DNA from: a virus
Lineage: Duplodnaviria; Caudoviricetes
Reading direction: 5' to 3' (one strand)
Length of the DNA: 64,000 nucleotides
IMG/VR virus record: IMGVR_UViG_3300049988_000245
Span: 64,001-128,000 of that record
Positions 37,309-46,287 of this stretch are shown here, in pieces (position 1 is the stretch's first letter; every line of letters begins with the position of its first letter). The translations under genes and the position numbers were made by a program. The notes under the pieces were generated by a model, which worked only from the letters and a program-made list of their open reading frames with translations, was not told the origin of the DNA and searched no databases.

Positions 37309-37518
37309 GTGAAGATTCGTTATAAAAAGATGCGTCGCAAGCTCCTAGCTGAACTCATCGTCCTCCGGGGCATCGTGACGATCGCCCAGGCCCAACGTCA
37401 AACGGACACCGTGATGGTGTCCGGAATGAAGTTATGGGAGGTCCAGATGGAGCTTGTCCGGCTAAGGCATTCGCGCGTGAAAACTACTCGTGTAGTTTCC
37501 CCGTCGTCGGCTGAGTAA
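37309..37518 (+). CDS. Small basic hypothetical protein
   Basis: GTG-start ORF, 69 aa. Confidence 0.45.
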   Translation: MKIRYKKMRRKLLAELIVLRGIVTIAQAQRQTDTVMVSGMKLWEVQMELVRLRHSRVKTTRVVSPSSAE

Positions 37519-40015
37519 AGGGAACGAAAGGTGTCGCAGCAAGTCTGTCATATTCCTGCTTGGACACGACTTCGCCATTCACCGTGTATCTCTCGTTTGT
37601 ATTGAACTTCGTCAAACTTTCGGAAGCCGTAACTGGAACCTGAGGGATTGTCCGCTGGTCCGTATTTGATTGATTCAGCGCGCTGACCTGCTCCGATGTG
37701 AAACCGGATTCGTCATTTCCCGAGAGGGAGCGGGTTGCTTCCTTGTTAATCTCGTTCACCTGAGCGGATGTGAATCCGGTCTCATCGTTTCCGTACAATG
37801 GGGGCGTGCTGACCTGATCGATGTACTGCTGGTTCAGCGCCGTGCTGGCACCGCCGATTCCATCACCGGAGCCGTTCGTATTGGTGAACGCGCTGGCGCT
37901 CTGCGACTCCACCGGCCTGATGATGTCCGCACCATTCCCGTCGAGAGAGAAATCGCTGCTCGTCGAGGTGTCAAGAGAGCCGTTGGACAGGTCATTGTCT
38001 TCGATCTTACTGCTGGTGCCGTCGTAGAGCGACGCGTTGGGGCCGCCAAATAAATCGTCCTTACCGCCTAGCTCGAACTCGCTCGAACCCGTACCAGTAG
38101 ATGTGCCCATATCACTCGAAGACGTCCCTCCGGAGCTACCTCCTTGGGCGGACTTCAGTGCGTCCGAACCGACATTCCCAAGTACGCTTCCCGCGCAGGC
38201 GTTGTTCTTGAGCGCCTTCAGGTTGAAAGAGCCAGCGATGATCTTAAGCGCGTTCGTAGCCGCTCCGAGCATGCCCTTCTCGCCGCCGATCATACCGCCA
38301 ACACCGCCCATGATCCCACCGAGGCCGCCCCCTCCCATAAGGCTGCTCAACTGACCAGAAATACCGCCCAGGCCGCCGGGAAGCATCCTGAGCATCCCAG
38401 AGATGTTGCCCATGCCGAGGCCGCCCATGAGCCCGCTTAGTTGACCAGTGAGGCCGCCAAGATTTCCGATGACGCCGGAGATGTTACCGTTCAGGAGGCT
38501 TCCAAACGAGCCCATCATCCCCTGCATGTTACCAACAAGGGAACCCACGATGGGAAGCTGCGACAGGCCAGGGATGGAGCCAAGGCCGCCCAGACGCGAG
38601 AGAATGCCCTGACCCATGCCGATGATCGAGGCGACGTTGCCGAATCCCGTGGTCCCGCCGTAATCCCCCAGAGTGGTCCCTAGGGTACCCATCTGGGTAA
38701 CCAGGGACTGCATGTTGTTGATCTGTACCAAGTAAGACAGAACCTTAACCATACGAGCAAGGATATCGGTCTTCTCGGACGAGGCTGGCACGTAGGTGTC
38801 GATCGAAGTTTTGAACACCGTGAGGTCGGTGATGATCGGGGTGATGTCGCCAACCTGCGAGATGTTGCCGGGCACGCGCAGATAGTCGGACAGCCCGTAA
38901 AGCTGACCGGTCAGAACCGTGACGTTGCCGACCGCTGCGGTGGATTTTGTCTGCGAGAGAGACCCACCAGAGAGCGCCAGGGGCACCGAGGTGGTCTCGG
39001 CGATGTTGAGCAGTGCGGTAAGCTTGTCGGCCAACGCGATGATCTCGTTGACCAGATCGGACACGTCGTAGGTCGCCAGCGTGTTGACGACACCGTTTAG
39101 CTGGGTTTGGACCGCGTAGGGGCTTTGGGCAGAGATCAGCGGAACCCCACCGATCGACTGTGACTGGTTTACGAACCCGCCCATTGCCGAGATGATGCCA
39201 CCGAGCTTGGTCAGATTCCCGAGTGCACTTCCGGCGCCGCCCATGATGTTGGTCAACTGCGAGCCGAGCGCCGCAACATTTCCAAAGCTACCGATCGAGG
39301 AAATCATCGATCCGATCTGGCCGATGTTCCCGATGTTGCCAAGATTCCCAACGAGCCCGGAGATATTACCGATACCGGGAATCGCGCCAAGCCCGCCGAG
39401 GTTGCCAAATCTACCCAGCATGTTGAGAACACCCCCGCCCATAAGGTTGCCCATCATGCCCTGGACTTGCCCGAGAACGCCCATGGCCTGCCCCATGAAC
39501 TGAGAGGCTTTACCCATGATGGAGCCAAACGCATTACCCATGGACGAGCACTGCCCACCGGTAACCGACGCCGCGCCGCTGCCCGACCCGGTTTCGGCAG
39601 CGAAGTTGATCATCAGGGCCATCGGGGAAACCTGCGACTGGCGCATATAAGCGCCTGACGCGACAGATTTTGAGGCCGGAGCCGATGCATCATTGAAGCC
39701 GGGCAGACGCTGAAGCGCGGCGAGGTCACTGATGTATCCGGAGACAAGACCGAGATTCGTCGTAAGATTGTCGAACTGATCATTCAGGTGGATGACGAGG
39801 TCGTTCATAACGCCCTGCTGAAAATATCCAAGCTGGGTCGAATGCGGGTTCAGGTCGGGCAGATCGAGATCGGACATGAGCTTGGACAATGAGCCGATGC
39901 CGTCGCGCACACCCGAGGCGTGGCCGACGCAATCCTTATTGAAAGCCTTGTCGTTCTGGAGCAGGTCATAGACCGCAAGAATCTCTGCGGTATCCGGATC
40001 GATCGCGTCTGCCAT
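37484..40015 (-). CDS. Large Gly/Ser/Met-rich protein next to PAAR (baseplate/ejected protein candidate)
   Basis: 843 aa with long GLGG/GNIG low-complexity tracts. Confidence 0.75.
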   Translation of the reverse strand: MADAIDPDTAEILAVYDLLQNDKAFNKDCVGHASGVRDGIGSLSKLMSDLDLPDLNPHSTQLGYFQQGVMNDLVIHLNDQFDNLTTNLGLVSGYISDLAALQRLPGFNDASAPASKSVASGAYMRQSQVSPMALMINFAAETGSGSGAASVTGGQCSSMGNAFGSIMGKASQFMGQAMGVLGQVQGMMGNLMGGGVLNMLGRFGNLGGLGAIPGIGNISGLVGNLGNIGNIGQIGSMISSIGSFGNVAALGSQLTNIMGGAGSALGNLTKLGGIISAMGGFVNQSQSIGGVPLISAQSPYAVQTQLNGVVNTLATYDVSDLVNEIIALADKLTALLNIAETTSVPLALSGGSLSQTKSTAAVGNVTVLTGQLYGLSDYLRVPGNISQVGDITPIITDLTVFKTSIDTYVPASSEKTDILARMVKVLSYLVQINNMQSLVTQMGTLGTTLGDYGGTTGFGNVASIIGMGQGILSRLGGLGSIPGLSQLPIVGSLVGNMQGMMGSFGSLLNGNISGVIGNLGGLTGQLSGLMGGLGMGNISGMLRMLPGGLGGISGQLSSLMGGGGLGGIMGGVGGMIGGEKGMLGAATNALKIIAGSFNLKALKNNACAGSVLGNVGSDALKSAQGGSSGGTSSSDMGTSTGTGSSEFELGGKDDLFGGPNASLYDGTSSKIEDNDLSNGSLDTSTSSDFSLDGNGADIIRPVESQSASAFTNTNGSGDGIGGASTALNQQYIDQVSTPPLYGNDETGFTSAQVNEINKEATRSLSGNDESGFTSEQVSALNQSNTDQRTIPQVPVTASESLTKFNTNERYTVNGEVVSKQEYDRLAATPFVPFTQPTTGKLHE

Positions 40016-40022
40016 AGCGCCT

Positions 40023-40289
40023 TTACTTGTCGAGGTAGGTGAGGTCTGAGCCGGTGATGAGAATCGCTCCACAGGCCGCCCTGGAGGCAAGGTGAGCGGT
40101 CTCCGGACCGGTGGTCTTCACGGGGTTTGAGATCGTGCTGATGATCGGCTGAACCCCGTGGAGGGGGCACGAAACGAGGTCGCCACGGCGGGCGACCTTT
40201 TTGCCTTCGACCGTACGGATGCTCTCTCCCGTGATGACCACCGCACCATGAGAGAGATTGTCGCCGATTCGCGTGATCTTGAACGACAT
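40023..40289 (-). CDS. PAAR-domain spike-tip protein (T4 gp5.4-like)
   Basis: GD..SHGAVV.TG, VARRGDLVSCP.HG, CGA.LITGS. Confidence 0.92.
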   Translation of the reverse strand: MSFKITRIGDNLSHGAVVITGESIRTVEGKKVARRGDLVSCPLHGVQPIISTISNPVKTTGPETAHLASRAACGAILITGSDLTYLDK

Positions 40290-40296
40290 GCCGTCC

Positions 40297-40644
40297 TTAC
40301 GGGATCAGCAGGCCGGGAGACTTCGGCTGCACGATCTCGGAGGTTGCTGCGCGATAGCTCGCGGCCACGTCGGTGTTCGACTTAATCGGGGCGAGGGACA
40401 GCTTGGTGTGGCTGAACTCAAACGACGATGATTCGGCAACCGAGTACATGAACGGGGCAAACTGAATCTGGGCACCAACCGCACCATCGTCGCCCTGAAC
40501 CATGCGGGCGAGAACGTGGACGGGCTTCGTCAGGGTGATCGAGTCATCACGCAGCACGGTGACGCGACCGACGATCTCTTCACCCGAGGTGAGACGAACC
40601 GTTGCAATGTCGTTGACAGAAAGAGACTTGTTTTCGATAAGCAT
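40297..40644 (-). CDS. Sm-like fold protein common in T4-like phages
   Basis: TVRLTSGEEIVGRV..ITLTKP..QFAPFM. Confidence 0.7.
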   Translation of the reverse strand: MLIENKSLSVNDIATVRLTSGEEIVGRVTVLRDDSITLTKPVHVLARMVQGDDGAVGAQIQFAPFMYSVAESSSFEFSHTKLSLAPIKSNTDVAASYRAATSEIVQPKSPGLLIP

Positions 40645-40718
40645 TGATAAAATCCAAAAAGGGTAATAACCAAATATACCCTTAATGCTACTTATCGTTC
40701 CATAAAAACCGTATAGAA

Positions 40719-40898
40719 CTACTTCTTATTCAGGTAATCGAGCGCGATCTGAACCTTGTTGATGCTTTCGAGCTTGTCTTTCATGAGTAAACGGACCACG
40801 GCGGTGGGCGAAAGCCTCTTCCCGGAAATGCTCTCGTAGTGCTCTTTCAGCGCCTTGAGGTGGATTTCGTCGGCTGACTGCAAATTGATGCTCATCAT
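40719..40898 (-). CDS. Small putative DNA-binding early protein
   Basis: Directly downstream of early promoter with GAGGAG SD. Confidence 0.6.
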   Translation of the reverse strand: MMSINLQSADEIHLKALKEHYESISGKRLSPTAVVRLLMKDKLESINKVQIALDYLNKK

Positions 40899-40911
40899 GT
40901 GGAGTACTCCT

Positions 40912-40950
40912 CTGATGCCCAAAATGTACACCGAATAGAAAAGATGTCAA
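40912..40950 (-). promoter_or_regulatory. Early promoter (conserved motif)
   Basis: TTGACA-N16-TACATT-ttgggcATCAG. Confidence 0.75.
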
Positions 40951-41076
40951 GTTGACGGGAATCTTAAACCGCGCCAAGGTGGGGTGTCAGCGGGCTCCCC
41001 CAACCTGCCCGTTGGCGAAGAAGGCTCGTGTGGACCCACCGATCGTTCGCACGAGCCTTCTGCATAAGGGTATTGC

Positions 41077-41370
41077 GTGACTTATCCCCCGCTCGTTCGC
41101 GCTATCTGTAAGAAACATCCAGATCGCATTTTGGTCCTAAAAATTATCGGGGCAACGATCAGCGATCAGACCGAGGTAAGCAAGGCTTATTTTCGTCTTG
41201 GAAGGGCATGTGAGCGCGTTGGCGCCCGAATATCATTCAAGACCTTGCCACCATACAACGGACGATACTTCATTGTTATTTTGTCAAAGACGCCCGAGGA
41301 AGCGGTTGCGCTTCGCGTCGCATCAAAGGACCTATTGGTCCCGGCTAGCAACATCCTCAATAGCGAATAG
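41077..41370 (+). CDS. Hypothetical protein (weak FxLRW-like)
   Basis: ...ILSKTPEEAVALRVA. Confidence 0.55.
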   Translation: MTYPPLVRAICKKHPDRILVLKIIGATISDQTEVSKAYFRLGRACERVGARISFKTLPPYNGRYFIVILSKTPEEAVALRVASKDLLVPASNILNSE

Positions 41371-41662
41371 ACTCTTCCCCGTTCGGATCGCGACGACGAC
41401 CACTCAGCGGGTGGCGATGCCATCCCTCAGGCTCACCCTTGCCATCCCAGGCTTCGAGAGCCGCACGGGCCGCATCCTCGTCGTGATAGCACCAACGATC
41501 TGAATAGGTATTGCGGTCGCCCATCTCGCCCACAATGATTGCCCAGGTGAACATCAGCCGGAGCAAGCCGGTCCAGCGTCCATCGCCGATCGGGCGCGGG
41601 TCGATGTAGCCGCCATCGGTTTTCAAGTAGTGGAGGAAAGAGAGTTCTTCGAGTCGAGTCAT
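41357..41662 (-). CDS. Conserved hypothetical protein
   Basis: DRWCY..AA..AL..WDG.GEP.GWHRHP.SGRRR motif. Confidence 0.75.
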   Translation of the reverse strand: MTRLEELSFLHYLKTDGGYIDPRPIGDGRWTGLLRLMFTWAIIVGEMGDRNTYSDRWCYHDEDAARAALEAWDGKGEPEGWHRHPLSGRRRDPNGEESIRY

Positions 41663-41958
41663 AGCATGATCCTGAATAGGAGAGCGGCGTCCGGATCGGA
41701 GAAATACGCGACGCAGCGCTCGACCGTCGCCCATTTCTCCTCTTGCCCTTCATTGAGGTGCGTCGTCCAGCGCCGGATATGGACGCGGCCCACGTCACGC
41801 TCTCTGATGAATTCCCGAGGATAGCGAACCAGGGCGGCAGAGCCGGAGAGCGTCCGGATCATCCGCTGGAAATCCTGCTTGGTCAGCGGCACGAGCAATT
41901 CCACCGGGGTGTACCCGGCGTAGTACTCCGCGTTGTTCCATTTAATAAAGGTCGCCAT
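41659..41958 (-). CDS. FxLRW-family protein (divergent)
   Basis: ...YFSDPDAALLFRIML. Confidence 0.7.
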   Translation of the reverse strand: MATFIKWNNAEYYAGYTPVELLVPLTKQDFQRMIRTLSGSAALVRYPREFIRERDVGRVHIRRWTTHLNEGQEEKWATVERCVAYFSDPDAALLFRIML

Positions 41959-41988
41959 ACCCGGAATATACCCGGATATGGCGAAAAA

Positions 41989-42249
41989 TCAATCCCTAAG
42001 AATCCGATCTACCTCATCCGTGACCTGCTCAGGGCGAAGCTGCTGGAGCGCGGCATTACCGCCCTCGACGAGAATCTTGCTACCCACGTAAAGCTGAGGC
42101 ACGGTCTTGTGACCACGATCCTTAATGAACGCCAGAGCTTCTGGATTCGTCGTCACATCGACGGTCTCGAAATAAATCTCGTTTCGGGTCAGATATTCCT
42201 TCGCCTGGACACAATGTGGGCAGTTCGGCTTCGAGTATAAAGTAATCAC
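41989..42249 (-). CDS. Glutaredoxin (RNR electron donor)
   Basis: LYSKPNCPHCVQAK; HKTVPQLYVG. Confidence 0.93.
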   Translation of the reverse strand: MITLYSKPNCPHCVQAKEYLTRNEIYFETVDVTTNPEALAFIKDRGHKTVPQLYVGSKILVEGGNAALQQLRPEQVTDEVDRILRD

Positions 42250-42324
42250 AATGAACCTCAAAAAATGAGGCTCTATAATATCTTAAAGTAAAAGCCGTCA
42301 GCAATATTGCTAACGGCTTTTGGT

Positions 42325-42555
42325 TCAGAAGCTTATTTCGATTATTATCTTAGGAGTAACATCCTGTGTTTCCCGAACGCCTGGATCGAAGAAGATCGTC
42401 TTGGCGATGACCTCTCCGGACAAAGAGTCTTCGATCAGCGGTAGAACGAAGTACTCACCCAATTCGGGAGCATGGAAATTCTCGTATGGACCGTACTCGA
42501 ACCGCTTTTCCGATTCCACGTGGTTGACGTGGAAGTGATACTCGATCTTCTGCAT
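42325..42555 (-). CDS. Hypothetical protein
   Basis: ORF track, AAGGA SD. Confidence 0.6.
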   Translation of the reverse strand: MQKIEYHFHVNHVESEKRFEYGPYENFHAPELGEYFVLPLIEDSLSGEVIAKTIFFDPGVRETQDVTPKIIIEISF

Positions 42556-42564
42556 TGTGATTCC

Positions 42565-42678
42565 TTATGTAGGAATTAGATCGGTATAACGGTCGATAAT
42601 GACCAGCCATCCAGCAACAAGAGCCAATAGAAGTACTATGATGGCAGCAAATGATTTGGTATGATTCTTACTTGACAT
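42565..42678 (-). CDS. 37-aa single-TM peptide (not in ORF track)
   Basis: Manual translation MSSKNHTKSFAAIIVLLLALVAGWLVIIDRYTDLIPT*. Confidence 0.5.
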   Translation of the reverse strand: MSSKNHTKSFAAIIVLLLALVAGWLVIIDRYTDLIPT

Positions 42679-42687
42679 TAGAATCCC

Positions 42688-42948
42688 TTAATAGCGCGGA
42701 CCATTGGTCGTGTTACCAAGCTGCTGCTGGTAGCCTTCCTGATGAGGGTTGCGCGAATTTGGATTCCCGTAATGATGGGTTTGCGTCCGGCGATGCTGGC
42801 GCTCCTCCTTCGTCGTGTCCGGACGCCCATAATGGTAATGATGGGGATGAGCGATTCCCGCACTGGACGGATGAGGATGATACGGGGAAGCCACGGCGAC
42901 GTTCGTCGCAGCAACAAGGGATAGAACGAGAGCAGACATAAACTTCAT
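42688..42948 (-). CDS. Secreted His/Pro-rich low-complexity peptide
   Basis: Sec signal MKFMSALVLSLVAATNVAVA followed by HPH repeats. Confidence 0.6.
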   Translation of the reverse strand: MKFMSALVLSLVAATNVAVASPYHPHPSSAGIAHPHHYHYGRPDTTKEERQHRRTQTHHYGNPNSRNPHQEGYQQQLGNTTNGPRY

Positions 42949-43134
42949 AACGTAGATAATCTCACTTCTAATAGAGTTTGGTTATTAACCCATATTAGAC
43001 TGAAATGTTTCTCAGTTGTATTATTATAAGTGCTTCAACTGTGCGTAATCACACAGTGCTCTCAATGACGATCGACGAATCTCGCTTATCCATCTCCACG
43101 TCAATGACGCGGAGATGGTATTCGATCTTCTATA

Positions 43135-44262
43135 TCAGAGCTTGAAATCCGAGAAAGTACCTGAATCCACGTCCTGCTTGGTCTGACCGATCGTGTATTG
43201 CGTGATCTCGGTCTCCTGCGGTGCCACCTGCACCTCAGCACCGGAAATCCACTTGGCCGTCCACGGGAGAGGATTAGCCTTCTGCGGGTAGATCGGCGAC
43301 AGGCCGACCGCGACCAGACGCTTGTTGGCGATCCATTCGACATAGTCGGACAGGAGCGCATAGTTGAGGCCGATCATGCTCCCGTCCTTGAACAGGTACT
43401 CGGCCCACTCCTTCTCCTGGGTGACCGCGTCGGAGAACAGCTTGGTGCATTCCTCCTTGGTCTCCTCGGCGATCTTGGCGAAGTCCGGATCGTCCTGTGG
43501 TAGAATCTTGATCAGCGTCTGGGTGGCGGCGAGGTGAAGATTCTCGTCGCGGCAGATCAGCTTGATGATCTTCGCGTTGCCTTCCATCCGCTTAACCTCG
43601 GCATACGCCCAGGAGCAGGCAAAGCTCACGTAGAACCGAACACCCTCAAGGATGTTCACGCTCATGATGGCCATCCACAGAGCCTTCTTAAGCTCGTATA
43701 GGTCCACCTTGACGGATTCGCCGTTGATCGTGTGCGTACCCTCGCCGAAGAGGTTGTACAGCCCCTCCAGGCGAATCAGGTTGTCATAGTGCTCGGAGAT
43801 GTCCTTGGCGCAATCGACGATCTCGCCGATGTCCATCATCTCATCGAACACCTGGGATGGATTCGGGTAGACGTTCCTGATGATGTGGGTGTACGACCGG
43901 CTGTGAATCGTCTCCGAGAACGCCCACGTGGTGATGAACGCCTCTAGCTCGGGGAGCGAGACGATCGGCAGGAACGCGATGTTGGGGGACCGACCCTGAA
44001 CGGAGTCCAGTAGAATCTGACGCTTCAGATTCGACGTGAAGATGTGCCGTTCGTGATCAGTGAGTTCCTTGAAGTCTTTTGCGTCCTTCATCACGTCAAC
44101 CTCCTGAGGTTGCCAGAAGAACGATAGTTGCTTCTCGGTTAGTTTGTCGAACTGACGATACTTCATCGTATCGAATCGCTGAACGGAGACGCCTCCATTG
44201 GGGTCCAAGAACGCAAGCGCCTGAGTATGGTCTTTACGAGAATTTGCATCAAATACGGACAT
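43135..44262 (-). CDS. nrdB: Ribonucleotide reductase class Ia beta subunit
   Basis: FFWQPQEVD, QILLDSVQGR, ETIHSRSYTH, LEGVRFYVSFACS, DENLH. Confidence 0.98.
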   Translation of the reverse strand: MSVFDANSRKDHTQALAFLDPNGGVSVQRFDTMKYRQFDKLTEKQLSFFWQPQEVDVMKDAKDFKELTDHERHIFTSNLKRQILLDSVQGRSPNIAFLPIVSLPELEAFITTWAFSETIHSRSYTHIIRNVYPNPSQVFDEMMDIGEIVDCAKDISEHYDNLIRLEGLYNLFGEGTHTINGESVKVDLYELKKALWMAIMSVNILEGVRFYVSFACSWAYAEVKRMEGNAKIIKLICRDENLHLAATQTLIKILPQDDPDFAKIAEETKEECTKLFSDAVTQEKEWAEYLFKDGSMIGLNYALLSDYVEWIANKRLVAVGLSPIYPQKANPLPWTAKWISGAEVQVAPQETEITQYTIGQTKQDVDSGTFSDFKL

Positions 44263-44887
44263 AAGTAACACTCCAATCTTTGCAGTTGCCGCGTTTGGCG
44301 GGATAATCTTGTTTCTTCGTCAAGCGATCTCGAAAGGCTTGATAAACTTTCGGCCACGCTACCTTAAATCTATGCTCGTTTTCTTGGCACCAAGATTTTA
44401 GGCAGTCGGACGCGAAAATCTCGCCCTCCGGTGACCGAATTTCAGAAGCTTTGCTGTTTGGATTGCTGCTTCCAGTCCGAGACACCCCATACATGCCATT
44501 GGCCTCGCCGTAGTGAGGACGGTGATTGGGATGAGTCTTCCCGTACATGCCATTCCGACACCCTGACACATCCCGTCCGTTGTTCCCTCCATATGCGCTG
44601 GGGCTTATGTTGTAGAAATCCGGACTTTTGGCTGCATCATAGGAATCAAGGTAGTGCTGCTCGCGCTCCTGAATTCGAGAATCATCAACGTATTCAAGAA
44701 TGATTCGTTCAAATGAATCTCTACCATATTTTATGTAGGCTCGGCGGAAGTGCTTACCTGATCCGACGTACGAGCTAGAATCTAAGCCAGAATGTCGGCC
44801 AATATACTTCTTACCGTCAAGCTTATTAGTCCAAAGATATATGAATCCCATGAACGGATGATACCAAAGGGTATCACCCGTTCTCAA
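44249..44887 (-). CDS. Free-standing GIY-YIG (Seg-like) homing endonuclease
   Basis: GFIYLWTN..GKKYIGRH; YVGSG; NUMOD3-like NGMYGKTH repeats. Confidence 0.9.
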   Translation of the reverse strand: MRTGDTLWYHPFMGFIYLWTNKLDGKKYIGRHSGLDSSSYVGSGKHFRRAYIKYGRDSFERIILEYVDDSRIQEREQHYLDSYDAAKSPDFYNISPSAYGGNNGRDVSGCRNGMYGKTHPNHRPHYGEANGMYGVSRTGSSNPNSKASEIRSPEGEIFASDCLKSWCQENEHRFKVAWPKVYQAFRDRLTKKQDYPAKRGNCKDWSVTYVRI

Positions 44888-44904
44888 CTTCGAAATGTCG
44901 AGAC

Positions 44905-45129
44905 TTAGAGGGTCTCGAACTCGAAGCGATTCTTGATCGACTCGTTGAGGAACTTGGTCTTGCTGTCCGCCGACTCGAAGTTGCTTGCCGTCGAAGCATC
45001 GACGTTGTTGTACCGGTAGGTCTTGCCGCCGATGAAGGCGACTTCGAGCGTCTGCGCGGACGAATCGTAGGCGATGCGGTCGATGTTACCGCTGTTGAAA
45101 TCCGTGCCATTGGTCTTGGTGAAGGACAT
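44905..45129 (-). CDS. KTSC domain protein
   Basis: SGNI..IAYD..QTLEV.F..G..YRY..V...F..ADS..KF.N..IK. Confidence 0.9.
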   Translation of the reverse strand: MSFTKTNGTDFNSGNIDRIAYDSSAQTLEVAFIGGKTYRYNNVDASTASNFESADSKTKFLNESIKNRFEFETL

Positions 45130-45244
45130 CTGAATCTCTCTCGTATAAGGATTCGACGAACAAATTTGGTTCGACGAAAATACCAATTGCATGGTTAACG
45201 GGTGTTTGGCAAGGTGGACGTACGAAAATCAGAAAGGTTCTAAT

Positions 45245-46096
45245 ATGCCGTTTAACCGTCGCGGGATTCTCGCTGGCCTCCTGGGAACGCCCCTGGGGAT
45301 CACCGCACTGAAGGCGATGCCGCTTCCGGCAGAGACCCAGAAGGCCATCGCGTTCACCCCCGAGGTGCAGAAGGCGGTCGAGAACATTCCCCCGCTCCCG
45401 ACCCCGAAACGCAATCTGCATCCGTTATTCGGATTCCAGACGATCGATGCCGAGCTTGGGTTCGCCTATACCCTGCGCAGCCGATACTCAGATGCGGTGA
45501 CCCTTGCGAATCCTGAGCCGCGCATCTCGATCCAGATTAACAAGGTGGTTGCTGGGGGTACATATTACCCGACGATGGACGCGGCCGAGGACGCGATCTT
45601 CAGTAAGTTCGCCATCACCCATCGCGAGGTGAGAAGCCCAGACAACCCCGAGCATACCAAGTTTCACCTCGTGCGGGCGGCGAACCGGATCGCCCAGACG
45701 ACCCGGCGCGGCATGGGTAACGTCATTCTCGTCCATCGGGATGACCTGCATCTACTCGATACCCCGTGGGTGGCCAACGTGATCCCCGAGCGAATCGGGC
45801 GGTGGTCGAACGTCGGGTTCACCCACAACCGAGTCTCCCAGGTCTGGGTCACCGACCGCCGTGTTCCTGCGATCCCGCACGGGAACGCGCTTGTGGGTTA
45901 TCGCGGATCGGAGTTAGACGCCCCTGCCGTTCTCACGTATCATCCGGGCTTTGGATACAGCTACGCGATGAACGAGAAGCCGGAAACCTACATGCACGTA
46001 GTCGGACTGACTGTGAAAGCCCGAGCGCCCCATACGGACGAGGCTATATGGGCGGAAGAGAAGCGGGGTGCCGTACGCCCCGTTCGCGCCGCATGA
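45245..46096 (+). CDS. Truncated major capsid (gp23-like) paralogue with twin-arginine leader
   Basis: FQT....GFAYTLRSRY, ISIQINKVV, AANRIAQTTRRGMGN, LVGYRGSELDA are gp23 motifs; N-terminus MPFNRRGILAGLLG. Confidence 0.8.
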   Translation: MPFNRRGILAGLLGTPLGITALKAMPLPAETQKAIAFTPEVQKAVENIPPLPTPKRNLHPLFGFQTIDAELGFAYTLRSRYSDAVTLANPEPRISIQINKVVAGGTYYPTMDAAEDAIFSKFAITHREVRSPDNPEHTKFHLVRAANRIAQTTRRGMGNVILVHRDDLHLLDTPWVANVIPERIGRWSNVGFTHNRVSQVWVTDRRVPAIPHGNALVGYRGSELDAPAVLTYHPGFGYSYAMNEKPETYMHVVGLTVKARAPHTDEAIWAEEKRGAVRPVRAA

Positions 46097-46287
46097 AGCG
46101 GCCTTCCTTAGAGAAGATCGCCCAGGCCCTTCCTCGCTCGCGTATCATGGCAGGCGAGTACACCTACCCGTACGCCGAGGGTGGGCCTCAGCGGCGGGTC
46201 TTCTACGCAGATGTGGGCACGCTTCCCCCGGAGGCGGCCAACCGATTCATCAAATCGCTCATGGAGAAGTACGATGGAACGTCGTAG
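46093..46287 (+). CDS. 64-aa portal (gp20)-fragment protein
   Basis: PQRRVFYADVGTLPPEAANRFIKSLMEKY matches gp20 PERRVFYIDVGN(L/M)P..KA..Y...M. Confidence 0.75.
   Translation: MKRPSLEKIAQALPRSRIMAGEYTYPYAEGGPQRRVFYADVGTLPPEAANRFIKSLMEKYDGTS

Noticed and set aside
43135-44887. Group I intron in nrdB carrying the GIY-YIG
   Set aside because: nrdB is contiguous; the endonuclease is free-standing and only overlaps the nrdB start
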